Origin: Candidatus Bathyarchaeota archaeon
Lineage (GTDB): Archaea > Thermoproteota > Bathyarchaeia > Bathyarchaeales > DTEX01
Reading direction: 5' to 3'
NCBI GenBank assembly: GCA_018396435.1
Contig: JAGTRG010000005.1
Location: forward strand, 1-48,420
Length of the DNA: 48,420 nt
Both the position numbers and the translations under genes were made by a program. Numbering within the stretch: the stretch's first letter is position 1; every line of letters begins with the position of its first letter. Below the pieces are notes generated by a model. It had not been told where the DNA came from. It worked only from the letters and a program-made list of their open reading frames with translations, and did not search any database. Of this stretch, positions 8,814 through 17,456 are shown piece after piece.

Positions 8814-9872
8814 TTGGGAAGTGTGAAGGACTTAGAGATCGTTAAGGCGCCGACTAAAGAAATAATGGGGATAGGTAGATTCCACTTTTCAAACCGCTAC
8901 TCAGTATTCGACTGGGGTGAAATGCCTGATCACATACCCTTTAAGGGTGAAGCGCTATGCCTTATGGGGGCATTCATCTTTGAGAGGCTTGAGGAAATAG
9001 GTATTAGAACGCACTATAGAGGCCTAGTAGATGGAAGCGGTAATATCCTAAGGTTCGATGAGATGGATCAACCAACAAACGTGATGGAATTTAATTTAGT
9101 CAATGTTTATAGGCCAAGAGCATATAGGGATGAAGCCGGCTTAAAATATGACTACAGCATATTCACAACGAACTTGAAGAATTACCTAGTACCTCTCGAA
9201 ATCATATATCGAAACGGTCTCCCTGAAGGCTCATCGATCTTCAGAAGGCTTGAACAGGGCTTAATTACAATTGAAGACCTAGACTTGGATCATTATCCCA
9301 AGCCCGGTGAGAAACTTTCTAAACCAATCCTGGATGTCAGCACAAAGCTCGAGGAGAAAGACCGGTATATAACTTGGGGTGAGGCGAAGAAGATAGCTGG
9401 CCTAAAGGATCATGAGGTAGATGAGATAAAAAGTATGCTTCTTAAAACCGACGATGTAATAACCGAAATAGCTTCGGAAGCCGGATTAATAAATGAGGAT
9501 GGGAAGATCGAACTGGCATTTGATCATGAGAGGAGACTTATGATTGCAGATGTAGTTGGCACACTGGATGAGTGCCGCTTCTCATATGATGGGATACATG
9601 TCAGCAAGGAGGTTGCCAGACAATTCTATAGAAAAACCGAATGGTATAAGGATATTGAGGAGGCAAGAAGGAAATCCGAGGCAGTTGGCTTAAAAGATTG
9701 GAGGGGACTCTGCAAGTCGTCTCCGCCAAAACTGGACCCGCGGCTTAAGGCCATCATAAGTGAAATGTATATGGCGGCCGCTAATGATATAACAAAAAGG
9801 AGGCTCTTTGAAGCGCCTAAACTCCATGAGGTTGTGAGGAAATATCGAGAGTATGAGAAGGCAAAAATTTAG
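8814..9872 (+). CDS. purC: SAICAR synthetase (long archaeal type)
   Basis: GSVKD, RYSVFDWG, STKLE, DGKIE, DVVGTLDECR, SKE. Confidence 0.92.
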   Translation: MGSVKDLEIVKAPTKEIMGIGRFHFSNRYSVFDWGEMPDHIPFKGEALCLMGAFIFERLEEIGIRTHYRGLVDGSGNILRFDEMDQPTNVMEFNLVNVYRPRAYRDEAGLKYDYSIFTTNLKNYLVPLEIIYRNGLPEGSSIFRRLEQGLITIEDLDLDHYPKPGEKLSKPILDVSTKLEEKDRYITWGEAKKIAGLKDHEVDEIKSMLLKTDDVITEIASEAGLINEDGKIELAFDHERRLMIADVVGTLDECRFSYDGIHVSKEVARQFYRKTEWYKDIEEARRKSEAVGLKDWRGLCKSSPPKLDPRLKAIISEMYMAAANDITKRRLFEAPKLHEVVRKYREYEKAKI

Positions 9873-9931
9873 CCGCTAAATATTGAAGAGAAAAAAGGTC
9901 TAGGTTTTCCTTTAAATCTTCTCTCTGATAT

Positions 9932-10390
9932 CTAAAATACGCCGGGTGTCTCCTCCGCAGTCGTTTCTTCAGCTGGTGTTTCAGTTTTCTCCTCTTCATG
10001 CTCGCATACGGCTGCCTCAGCAGACTCGGCAGGTTTAGACCCCTCCAAGACGCTTTTTATGTCGCTTAGCTCCTGCTTCGCCGCTTCTAAACCAAGGTTT
10101 ATTGCCTTCATTTGCTTCTCATATGTTTCATCATCAATCTCGCCTGTAACATGAAGCATTTCAGTATTAGCAAGAAATATCTCTAAGGTTCCTATCTGCT
10201 TCTCTAGATCTTGGGCTCTAGATTCCATTTTGCAGACTATGGTCTCAAGATATTTTTCTACACTGGTTAAAGCCTCTTTTATCTCACCGTTTAGATGCTC
10301 ATATGTTGATTGCGAGATTCTTCCAGAGGAGAATAAATCATCCAGCGCCTGTTTTTTTCTCTTTATGAGATCTAATTCTTTACTCGCCAA
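9932..10390 (-). CDS. CdvA-like coiled-coil protein (start uncertain, see findings)
   Basis: KKQALDDL...GRISQSTY...LEIFLAN.E..HVTGEIDDETY pattern, recalled as typical of Bathyarchaeia CdvA-like proteins; acidic tail. Confidence 0.7.
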   Translation of the reverse strand: MASKELDLIKRKKQALDDLFSSGRISQSTYEHLNGEIKEALTSVEKYLETIVCKMESRAQDLEKQIGTLEIFLANTEMLHVTGEIDDETYEKQMKAINLGLEAAKQELSDIKSVLEGSKPAESAEAAVCEHEEEKTETPAEETTAEETPGVF

Positions 10391-10553
10391 CTCATGAATG
10401 TGCTTCCATAAGCTAAAGAAATCTATAAATAATCTTTATCATCATTTACGCATACATCTACATATTATATAAAAGAATGCCAAAAAACAGCGCTTCCCGA
10501 AAAACACACGAATTTTTAACATTTCAGGCAGAAGAGTAACCCTAAATAGTTAG

Positions 10554-10650
10554 TTACCTCCGACCCTTCTTATGCCGGAAATGCCTCTCTACTGGAGCAG
10601 CCTGCCAAGCCTAAGCGGTTGGACTACAAACGTGCCCGGTGATGAGGTAA
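10554..10650. ncRNA. candidate structured small RNA
   Basis: GC-rich island in an AT-rich intergenic region; terminal stem TTACCTC/GAGGTAA; CCGA and GTGATGA box-like motifs; internal hairpins. Confidence 0.4.
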
Positions 10651-10721
10651 GCAAAATAGATATTTAAGCATTAAAAATATAAATATCCATTGAATTAAAA
10701 TTAAGAAGAAATGATTAAGAA

Positions 10722-11471
10722 GTGAGATGGCTTATGGAGAAGATGGTTCCGGCGGTTAAAGTCGTTGATGTTCACAAAGACTACTACCTTAGGGGCGAGG
10801 TTGTCCACGCCCTACGCGGAATAAACCTTGAGATACCGCGTGGAGAATACTTGTCAGTTATGGGTCCTTCGGGTTCCGGTAAGACGACGCTTTTCAACAT
10901 GGTAGGCGGCATAGACCGCCCAACGAAGGGCGACATATTTATAGATGGAATAGATTTATCGAAGATCCCATCAAAATCCATGGCTTGGCTTAGATGCAGG
11001 AAGATAGGGTATATATTTCAAACTTTCAACCTTATACCTGTCCTAACGGCTAAAGAAAATGTTGCCCTGCCGATGGTTTTCCTCGGTGTGCCTAAGGAGG
11101 AAAGGGAGAAGAAGGCCACCGAACTTCTCAGCACTGTTGGTCTGGGGGATAGGCTTAATCACCGGCCCACTGAGCTCAGTGGCGGTCAGCAGCAGCGTGT
11201 GGCCATAGCCAGAGCCCTAGCCAATGATCCGGCAATCATACTTGCAGATGAGCCGACTGGAAACCTGGATCTAAATACTGGCTTCGCAATAGTGCAGCTA
11301 CTTTATCGCTTGAAGGCTGAACGCGGCACAACAATTATATGCGCCACCCACGACCTGAAAATGATCGACATAAGCGACAGAGTGGTTTTCCTAAGAGACG
11401 GCACCATAGAGAATATTGAGGAGAGACGCGGCCTTGTCCTAACGGCCGAAGAGTTCTTCGCAGGGGAGTAG
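10722..11471 (+). CDS. LolD/MacB-type ABC ATP-binding protein (paralogue 1)
   Basis: GPSGSGKT, FQTFNL, LSGGQQQRV, ILADEPTGNLD, ATHD. Confidence 0.95.
   Translation: MRWLMEKMVPAVKVVDVHKDYYLRGEVVHALRGINLEIPRGEYLSVMGPSGSGKTTLFNMVGGIDRPTKGDIFIDGIDLSKIPSKSMAWLRCRKIGYIFQTFNLIPVLTAKENVALPMVFLGVPKEEREKKATELLSTVGLGDRLNHRPTELSGGQQQRVAIARALANDPAIILADEPTGNLDLNTGFAIVQLLYRLKAERGTTIICATHDLKMIDISDRVVFLRDGTIENIEERRGLVLTAEEFFAGE
10860..11269 (+). repeat. left arm of mosaic inverted repeat (perfect blocks 10860-10924, 10983-11050, 11166-11212, 11235-11269)
   Basis: Base-by-base comparison: each block is the exact reverse complement of 14365-14429, 14239-14306, 14077-14123 and 14020-14054 respectively. Confidence 0.93.
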
Positions 11472-11486
11472 ATGGAGGCGTGAATT

Positions 11487-11807
11487 TTGGCTGAGGAGAT
11501 TGAAAAAATTCAATGCCCTTGTGGAAGAATAATAGATGACCCGGAAGAATATAAGGTGCTTTACTTAAAACATGAGCTAAGAGAGATAGATATTCTCTGC
11601 CCGAACGACTCATGCTACCTTAGAGAGCTCGGATACATAAAATTTGAAATTAAGGATGGAAAAGCCGTATTTAAGGAGGCATCATTTTATCCGCCCTTCG
11701 TAACGTGGAACGCAGGGCGCCTCGGCTTTGAAATAGCTGAGAAGATTCTAAAGTCTCATTTAAAGGAGATTGCTAAAAGAGTCGACTGGGTTAGATTGGG
11801 CAGATAG
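11487..11807 (+). CDS. small Cys-containing (putative Zn-binding) protein of unknown function
   Basis: CPCG...CPNDSC; GGAGG SD; 15 bp downstream of the ABC ATPase. Confidence 0.8.
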   Translation: MAEEIEKIQCPCGRIIDDPEEYKVLYLKHELREIDILCPNDSCYLRELGYIKFEIKDGKAVFKEASFYPPFVTWNAGRLGFEIAEKILKSHLKEIAKRVDWVRLGR

Positions 11808-11819
11808 ATCCCTAGTTTC

Positions 11820-13700
11820 CTATTGAAACATGTTAGAGACATACTCATAGGTCCAACCTATACCTAACTCTTCTAGCTTAGCCCTTGTAGGGACGCCCCT
11901 TTTATCCCAACCCATCATTTCATAATACAGTTCAATTGCATTTCTTAGGTTTTCAGCATCTAATGAAGTTTTTGAGAGAACCCCATCCCGTTTAGGGCTA
12001 AAGAATCTTTCGGGAAGCCAATCATCAACCTTTGTGAAGCCCTCCCTTAAATTAAATATTCTAGCCATCGTTGTGATTCTTTCACCCGTCTTCATCAGAT
12101 CCCACATCGAAGTGTTCCAACCTGTTACGGCTTCAACAATATCGGTTTTCTGATTGAAGTCCCAAGGTAGGAAGACGCATATAAGTAGGCTATTATCTAA
12201 AACGCGCCAATTAACATAATATATGAAAGCTCTAATCTTCCCCGGACTGAGATCCTCCAGCGGAATGGGCTCCAGAATACCTAAACTTGAAAGGGAGCTA
12301 AGCATTGGACCAGCGCTTACCAACCCAGTATCGTGCATGTTATGCGCATGGTCGGCGCCGGTTGGAGAGACCGCGTAACCTAAGCCGAGGGCTCTTTTAA
12401 GCCTCGGCTCATGCATCGGTATTTCTAAACCCTTCACATGCATCGCGAATTTCTCAGATCCCCCACCTATGATTTCAGAGGCCCTCCTCACGCCCTCAGC
12501 CAAAATTTTCCCTACGCCTTTACGGTAGGCTATTTTCTCAACCACTTTAACCATAGCTTCAGCATTTCCAAACCAGAGATCTAACCCATCAGCGTCCTTC
12601 CTAGTTAATATGTTATTTTCGTAACATTCCATGGCAAACGCTATTGCCACACCAGTTGATATGGCATCTAAAGAGTACCTGTTACATAACTCGTTTGCCT
12701 TCGTCACCGCCTGAAGATCGTCCACTCCACAGTTTGAGCCGAGGGCTGCTAAAGCCTCATACTCTGGTCCACCGTAAGACGGATCAACATTCCAAGGCTC
12801 ACCAATCTTAACAATTTTCTTGCATCTAACTGAACAAGCGTAGCAGCCTTCCATACCTATGCTTATTGTTCTTTTTATTGTTCTCGCATCTAGATTCTCA
12901 TATCCTGCGAATAATCCATCCCTGAAATTTCTAACTGGTAGATTTCCAGATGCAACACCAGCGTCCATCCCAGCCCCGGTGCCATAATTATGAAAATTGT
13001 ATGCGAGTTTATCCATATTCTGGTTCAGCCATCTGGTTAGATCTCTCAGTCTCTCAGGATTATGAACCTCAACCCTGCCCCTCCCCCTAACAGCTACCGC
13101 CTTAAGATTCTTTGATCCCATAACAGCGCCCATACCGGTTCTTCCAGCCGCATCACGTAGATCAACGATTACGCATGCAAATCGAACAAGGTTCTCTCCC
13201 CCAGGCCCTATTGAAGCAATGCGAACAAGCTTATCGCCTAATTCCTCACGTATTATACTCTGGGTTTCACCAGTCTCCTTACCCCACAAATGCTCAGCGT
13301 CCTTAATTTCAGCTTCACCATCGTGAATCCAAAGGTACACTGGTTCACTGGACTTACCCTCAATTATTACGGCGTCGAGCCCAGCTCGCTTAAGCTCAGC
13401 TCCCCATGATCCACCGACCTCAGACTCGCCGAAACCGCCTGTTAACGGAGACTTTGCGCCTATGCTATTCCTTCCACATCCAGGTATCGGCGCGCCAGTT
13501 AGCGGTCCAGCCGCAAATATCAGCTTGTTTTCAGGTCCAAGCGGGTCTATGCCGGGTTTAACTTCTCTCAGCAGATAGTAGGCAACAAAGCCTTCCCCGC
13601 CTAAATACATACGATAGAACTTTTCATCCGGCTTCTCAATTGTTATGCGTTCATCTGAAAGATTAACCCTTAATACCCTGCCATTATAGCCGAAGGGCAT
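11820..13700 (-). CDS. aor: tungsten aldehyde:ferredoxin oxidoreductase family protein
   Basis: KSPLTG, AAGRTGMGAVMGSKNLKA, CYAC...C, GGPEYE, HVKGLE. Confidence 0.93.
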   Translation of the reverse strand: MPFGYNGRVLRVNLSDERITIEKPDEKFYRMYLGGEGFVAYYLLREVKPGIDPLGPENKLIFAAGPLTGAPIPGCGRNSIGAKSPLTGGFGESEVGGSWGAELKRAGLDAVIIEGKSSEPVYLWIHDGEAEIKDAEHLWGKETGETQSIIREELGDKLVRIASIGPGGENLVRFACVIVDLRDAAGRTGMGAVMGSKNLKAVAVRGRGRVEVHNPERLRDLTRWLNQNMDKLAYNFHNYGTGAGMDAGVASGNLPVRNFRDGLFAGYENLDARTIKRTISIGMEGCYACSVRCKKIVKIGEPWNVDPSYGGPEYEALAALGSNCGVDDLQAVTKANELCNRYSLDAISTGVAIAFAMECYENNILTRKDADGLDLWFGNAEAMVKVVEKIAYRKGVGKILAEGVRRASEIIGGGSEKFAMHVKGLEIPMHEPRLKRALGLGYAVSPTGADHAHNMHDTGLVSAGPMLSSLSSLGILEPIPLEDLSPGKIRAFIYYVNWRVLDNSLLICVFLPWDFNQKTDIVEAVTGWNTSMWDLMKTGERITTMARIFNLREGFTKVDDWLPERFFSPKRDGVLSKTSLDAENLRNAIELYYEMMGWDKRGVPTRAKLEELGIGWTYEYVSNMFQ

Positions 13701-13832
13701 TTTTCATACCTCAGCCCAATTTTCCCTCTATTCCTTCCTCTACTATTAAAATTTAAAATCTCATTTTGTAAGCTAAATTGATGAATGAAAGCGCCGTTGA
13801 ATTTTCGATTTGTTTTAAATGCCTGTTAATAT

Positions 13833-14552
13833 CTATTCTGAAACTCTCACGTATACTTCCGCTCTAGTCTCGTATCGGTCTACTCGTCCATCACGTAGGT
13901 AAATTATCCTATCACTGACATCGATCATTTTCAGGTCATGAGTGGCTGAAATAACCGTTACCCCTTTTTCCTTGTTCATTTCCCTAAGAAGAGTTATTAT
14001 CTCAAGCCCCGTATGTAAGTCCAGGTTTCCAGTCGGCTCATCTGCAAGTATGATAACCGGATTGTTTGCTAGGGCCCTGGCTATGGCCACACGCTGCTGC
14101 TGACCGCCACTGAGCTCAGTGGGTTTGTGATTAAGCCTATCTCCCAAACCAACCATCTCAAGAATTTCCCTACCCCTTCTGAATCTTTCCTCACGCTCCA
14201 CACCAGCAAAGATCATGGGTAGCATGACGTTCTCTATGGCCGTTAGGACAGGTATAAGGTTGAAAGTTTGAAATATATACCCTATCTTCCTGCATCTAAG
14301 CCAAGCAAGCTCATAGGCGTCCAACTTGGCAATGTCAACACCATCGATGTATACTCTTCCCCGGGTTGGGCGGTCTATGCCGCCTACCATGTTGAAAAGC
14401 GTCGTCTTACCGGAACCCGAAGGACCCATGATTGATATATACTCGCCACGTTTAATTCTTAGGTCAACACCATCTAAAGCCTTAACCGTTATGGGGCCCA
14501 TCTGATAATATTTGGCTAAATCCTCCGTTTCAACGACATATTCAAAGCTTAT
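13833..14552 (-). CDS. LolD/MacB-type ABC ATP-binding protein (paralogue 2); probable non-canonical start near 14552
   Basis: All ABC motifs present. The frame stays open upstream of the called ATG (14501) as ISFEYVVETEDLAKYYQ, the expected first strand of the fold. Confidence 0.9.
   Translation of the reverse strand: MSFEYVVETEDLAKYYQMGPITVKALDGVDLRIKRGEYISIMGPSGSGKTTLFNMVGGIDRPTRGRVYIDGVDIAKLDAYELAWLRCRKIGYIFQTFNLIPVLTAIENVMLPMIFAGVEREERFRRGREILEMVGLGDRLNHKPTELSGGQQQRVAIARALANNPVIILADEPTGNLDLHTGLEIITLLREMNKEKGVTVISATHDLKMIDVSDRIIYLRDGRVDRYETRAEVYVRVSE
14020..14429 (-). repeat. right arm of mosaic inverted repeat shared with ABC paralogue 1
   Basis: Four perfect blocks of 35, 47, 68 and 65 bp. 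Confidence 0.93.
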
Positions 14553-14701
14553 ATGTCATTCCTCCCAGTCACTAAATCTTGACATTAATATAAAACAGCT
14601 CCCTCTTATAAAATTAACTTTATTTACGCAGTTGCTGAGTCGCATAAGAAAAATCTTTTAAAAGGCTATCCATACATTGGAATGGATGAGAGGTCTCCCC
14701 T

Positions 14702-15934
14702 ATGAAAAGAGTTAAAGTCGGTGTTGTTGGATCCGGCGGTATCTTCCAGGGCGCCCACCTCCCAGCGTACCCAAATATAGCTGAGGCGCATCTGGCCGCC
14801 ATATGCGATGTTTCAGAATCCGCTTTAAAGATTGCTGAAAGAAGGGTCAGAAGCATCTATTGCGAGAGGGCTCAAAAAGTTATGGAAGAGGGGAACGCAG
14901 AATTGGCTGAGAGACTAAAGGAGGACGCTGAGGAATTAAAAACTTACCTAAGTTTATCCGATATGCTTTCAAAAGAAGACCTAGACTTAGTTGACATATG
15001 CACCCCAACTAAGTTTCATAGTCAAACAGCCATGGAAGCCCTGAAGAACGGCGTAAATGTCATGTGCGAGAAACCAATGGCTAGAACATACATAGAATGC
15101 CTAGAGGTTATTGAAGCCGTTGAGGATGCAAAAAAGATTTATCAGCATAATGAGAACTGGCTTTATCACACCCTCTGGTATAACGCCAAGAAATTTATTG
15201 ACAGCGGCGTGATAGGTGAGCCGCAACTAATATTTCTGGCAACAGCCCATGGAGGGCCTGAGTGGGCATCATGGTTCTGGGATCCTGAAATAGCCGGAGG
15301 CGGCTCCCTACTGGATAACGGCGTGCATGCTATTACATGCTCATGGTTCCTAAGCGGTTTTGATAAGAAACCCACCGTTGTCAAGGCGGCTGAACCCTAT
15401 GGCATATGCATACGCATGAAGACCAGATTTATACAGGGGATGTTCAGACCCTTCGAGGTTGAAGATGACGCGCATGTCCTAATAAGGTTTGATGATGATA
15501 GCGGCAGGTGGGTGACAGCACACATTGAAGGCTCATGGTCCCATAGGGACTCGATGGATACAGCCATAATTGGAACCAGCGGTGAAATAAGGCCGGAGAC
15601 TAAAGGTGAAGAAACAAATATGGTGATACGTGATGCTAAAGGCGACAGGAGAGAATTCAATTTAGGTAAAATTTCATGGGTTCAAAGCTTCACTGAGGAA
15701 ATAAGGAACATGTGTAACTGCATTCTTAGCAATACGCGTCCAATATGCGATGAAAAGATAGGTGCTGAAACAACAGCTATAGTTCAAGCGGCATACCTAT
15801 CTCAGAAGAGAGGGATGAAACCGGTAACACTCGAAGAATTCAAGAGGTACGCACTGGAGATAAGAGATAGGGAGAGAGAAAATGCCTCGGACTTTCTGTT
15901 AAAAGAGCTGCTTATGGGCATAAGAAAAACGTAG
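14702..15934 (+). CDS. Gfo/Idh/MocA family oxidoreductase
   Basis: GVVGSG, CEKPMA, GGGSLLDNGVH, VEDDA. Confidence 0.9.
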   Translation: MKRVKVGVVGSGGIFQGAHLPAYPNIAEAHLAAICDVSESALKIAERRVRSIYCERAQKVMEEGNAELAERLKEDAEELKTYLSLSDMLSKEDLDLVDICTPTKFHSQTAMEALKNGVNVMCEKPMARTYIECLEVIEAVEDAKKIYQHNENWLYHTLWYNAKKFIDSGVIGEPQLIFLATAHGGPEWASWFWDPEIAGGGSLLDNGVHAITCSWFLSGFDKKPTVVKAAEPYGICIRMKTRFIQGMFRPFEVEDDAHVLIRFDDDSGRWVTAHIEGSWSHRDSMDTAIIGTSGEIRPETKGEETNMVIRDAKGDRREFNLGKISWVQSFTEEIRNMCNCILSNTRPICDEKIGAETTAIVQAAYLSQKRGMKPVTLEEFKRYALEIRDRERENASDFLLKELLMGIRKT

Positions 15935-15963
15935 ATTCAGCTCTAATTTTTTGCGATACGCTG

Positions 15964-17322
15964 CTAATGAAAGTATTTCGTGATTCTCTCCTGGTATAAT
16001 GCGTCTTTAAGCAGCGCGCTTGTTTTTATCCATTCGTCAATGCCGACTGAAAATTTCGAGCTTACATATGTAAGAGCTTCAATAAGCGTATCGAACTTCT
16101 CACCTTCCTGCTTTAGAGCCTCGCGAACACACTCTCTATTAATCCATACCCCTAGGGGCATGATGAAACTTGGATGAATCTCCCTCATAGCTACCACACC
16201 CGCCTGCCTGCCTTCCCTTGAAAGCGCCTCTGCAACCGCAAGCCTAACTGCATAGTAGCATCCTCCCAAAGATGCATATGCTGTTCTACCCTGATAGCTC
16301 TCCCAATCGCTCCCCATGGCTACGCTTCCACTCTGAGGGTTCCAAAATGTCCCGGGATACCATGCTTCAATCCACTCATATCTCCATTTAGATGGCATCA
16401 CTAAAATGACAAATCTATTTCCCAGATAGTTAAAGCTGTAAACTCGGTATTCACTTATCACCGGATTATCCTTTATCTCATCTTCTATTAAACGCCTAGA
16501 AATCGATGAGTCAACAGCTGTTATGCTCCATCTCGTCGGTACAAGCCTCCTCTGCCTTTTTACACCGAAGGCGCCCACGCTAAATGCCCTTTGGATTCTT
16601 GAAACCGGAACTTGACCCTTATACAGATCCAAAATGGCTTCCTCAGCCTTAAGATCAGAGTCACCGTATGCCTTCTCAATCCTGTGGTCAACTTTAACAT
16701 TTTCCACTTCGATTTTTAGCAGGGGGGCTGATGGGCCCATAGGTTGAACTTCATCGTCGAACAGGAAGCTTCCAGAAGGCTTCCTCTTAAAGAGAACCTC
16801 TGTGTTAACAGAGTCCCTTGAAAGGGCTATTTCCAAGGTTCTGTCAAGGAACCGTTCGTTGCTTAGAGGTTTTTTAATGTTAACCAGAAATTTTCCACGT
16901 ATTAAACCGGTTCTAAAATCAATTATTTCCTCAATAGTTTTACCAACCCATTTTTCAGGGGTATCAAATAGGGATGTGTCCCCCAAAACCGGTGGGACAA
17001 GCGGTCCAGCATAAACATAAGGATAACCTATCCGCCCAACAAATACTCCGGGAGGCGAAGAACCGAGTATTTTATCAGAGTTAACCAGGTTTTTAACTTT
17101 TAAAAATGAATAAAGCTTCGTTACGGCTGGGCACCTAGTTTTCCCACAGAGCATGCGGCTTCCTCTGCAGATTAGGCATGGGCTTCCATCTCTAACATGG
17201 ATCTCTAGGTTTGGCACTGACGGGTTTAAGTCACCAGCTACTTTCTCATCGCTCAGAATATGATTTATCCACGGAAGCTCACGTTGAACTTTTTTAAGGA
17301 TTTTCTTGCGCAGTATTTTCAA
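15964..17322 (-). CDS. nreA: Nre family archaeal DNA repair protein
   Basis: CLICRG...CG...CP, GSSPP.VFVG..GYP, RLVPTRWSITAVD, C-terminal PIP box QERITKYF. Confidence 0.92.
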   Translation of the reverse strand: MKILRKKILKKVQRELPWINHILSDEKVAGDLNPSVPNLEIHVRDGSPCLICRGSRMLCGKTRCPAVTKLYSFLKVKNLVNSDKILGSSPPGVFVGRIGYPYVYAGPLVPPVLGDTSLFDTPEKWVGKTIEEIIDFRTGLIRGKFLVNIKKPLSNERFLDRTLEIALSRDSVNTEVLFKRKPSGSFLFDDEVQPMGPSAPLLKIEVENVKVDHRIEKAYGDSDLKAEEAILDLYKGQVPVSRIQRAFSVGAFGVKRQRRLVPTRWSITAVDSSISRRLIEDEIKDNPVISEYRVYSFNYLGNRFVILVMPSKWRYEWIEAWYPGTFWNPQSGSVAMGSDWESYQGRTAYASLGGCYYAVRLAVAEALSREGRQAGVVAMREIHPSFIMPLGVWINRECVREALKQEGEKFDTLIEALTYVSSKFSVGIDEWIKTSALLKDALYQERITKYFH

Positions 17323-17456
17323 TCTTAGCCGACCTTAGGTTTGGTCGCAGGGGCGATATCTAACAAAAAATAATATAAAATACATTATTATAGTTTATTC
17401 TCTCCAAGAATCTAGAGTTGATTTGTTCAATAAGCAAAATAAAAAGTGAAATAGTG

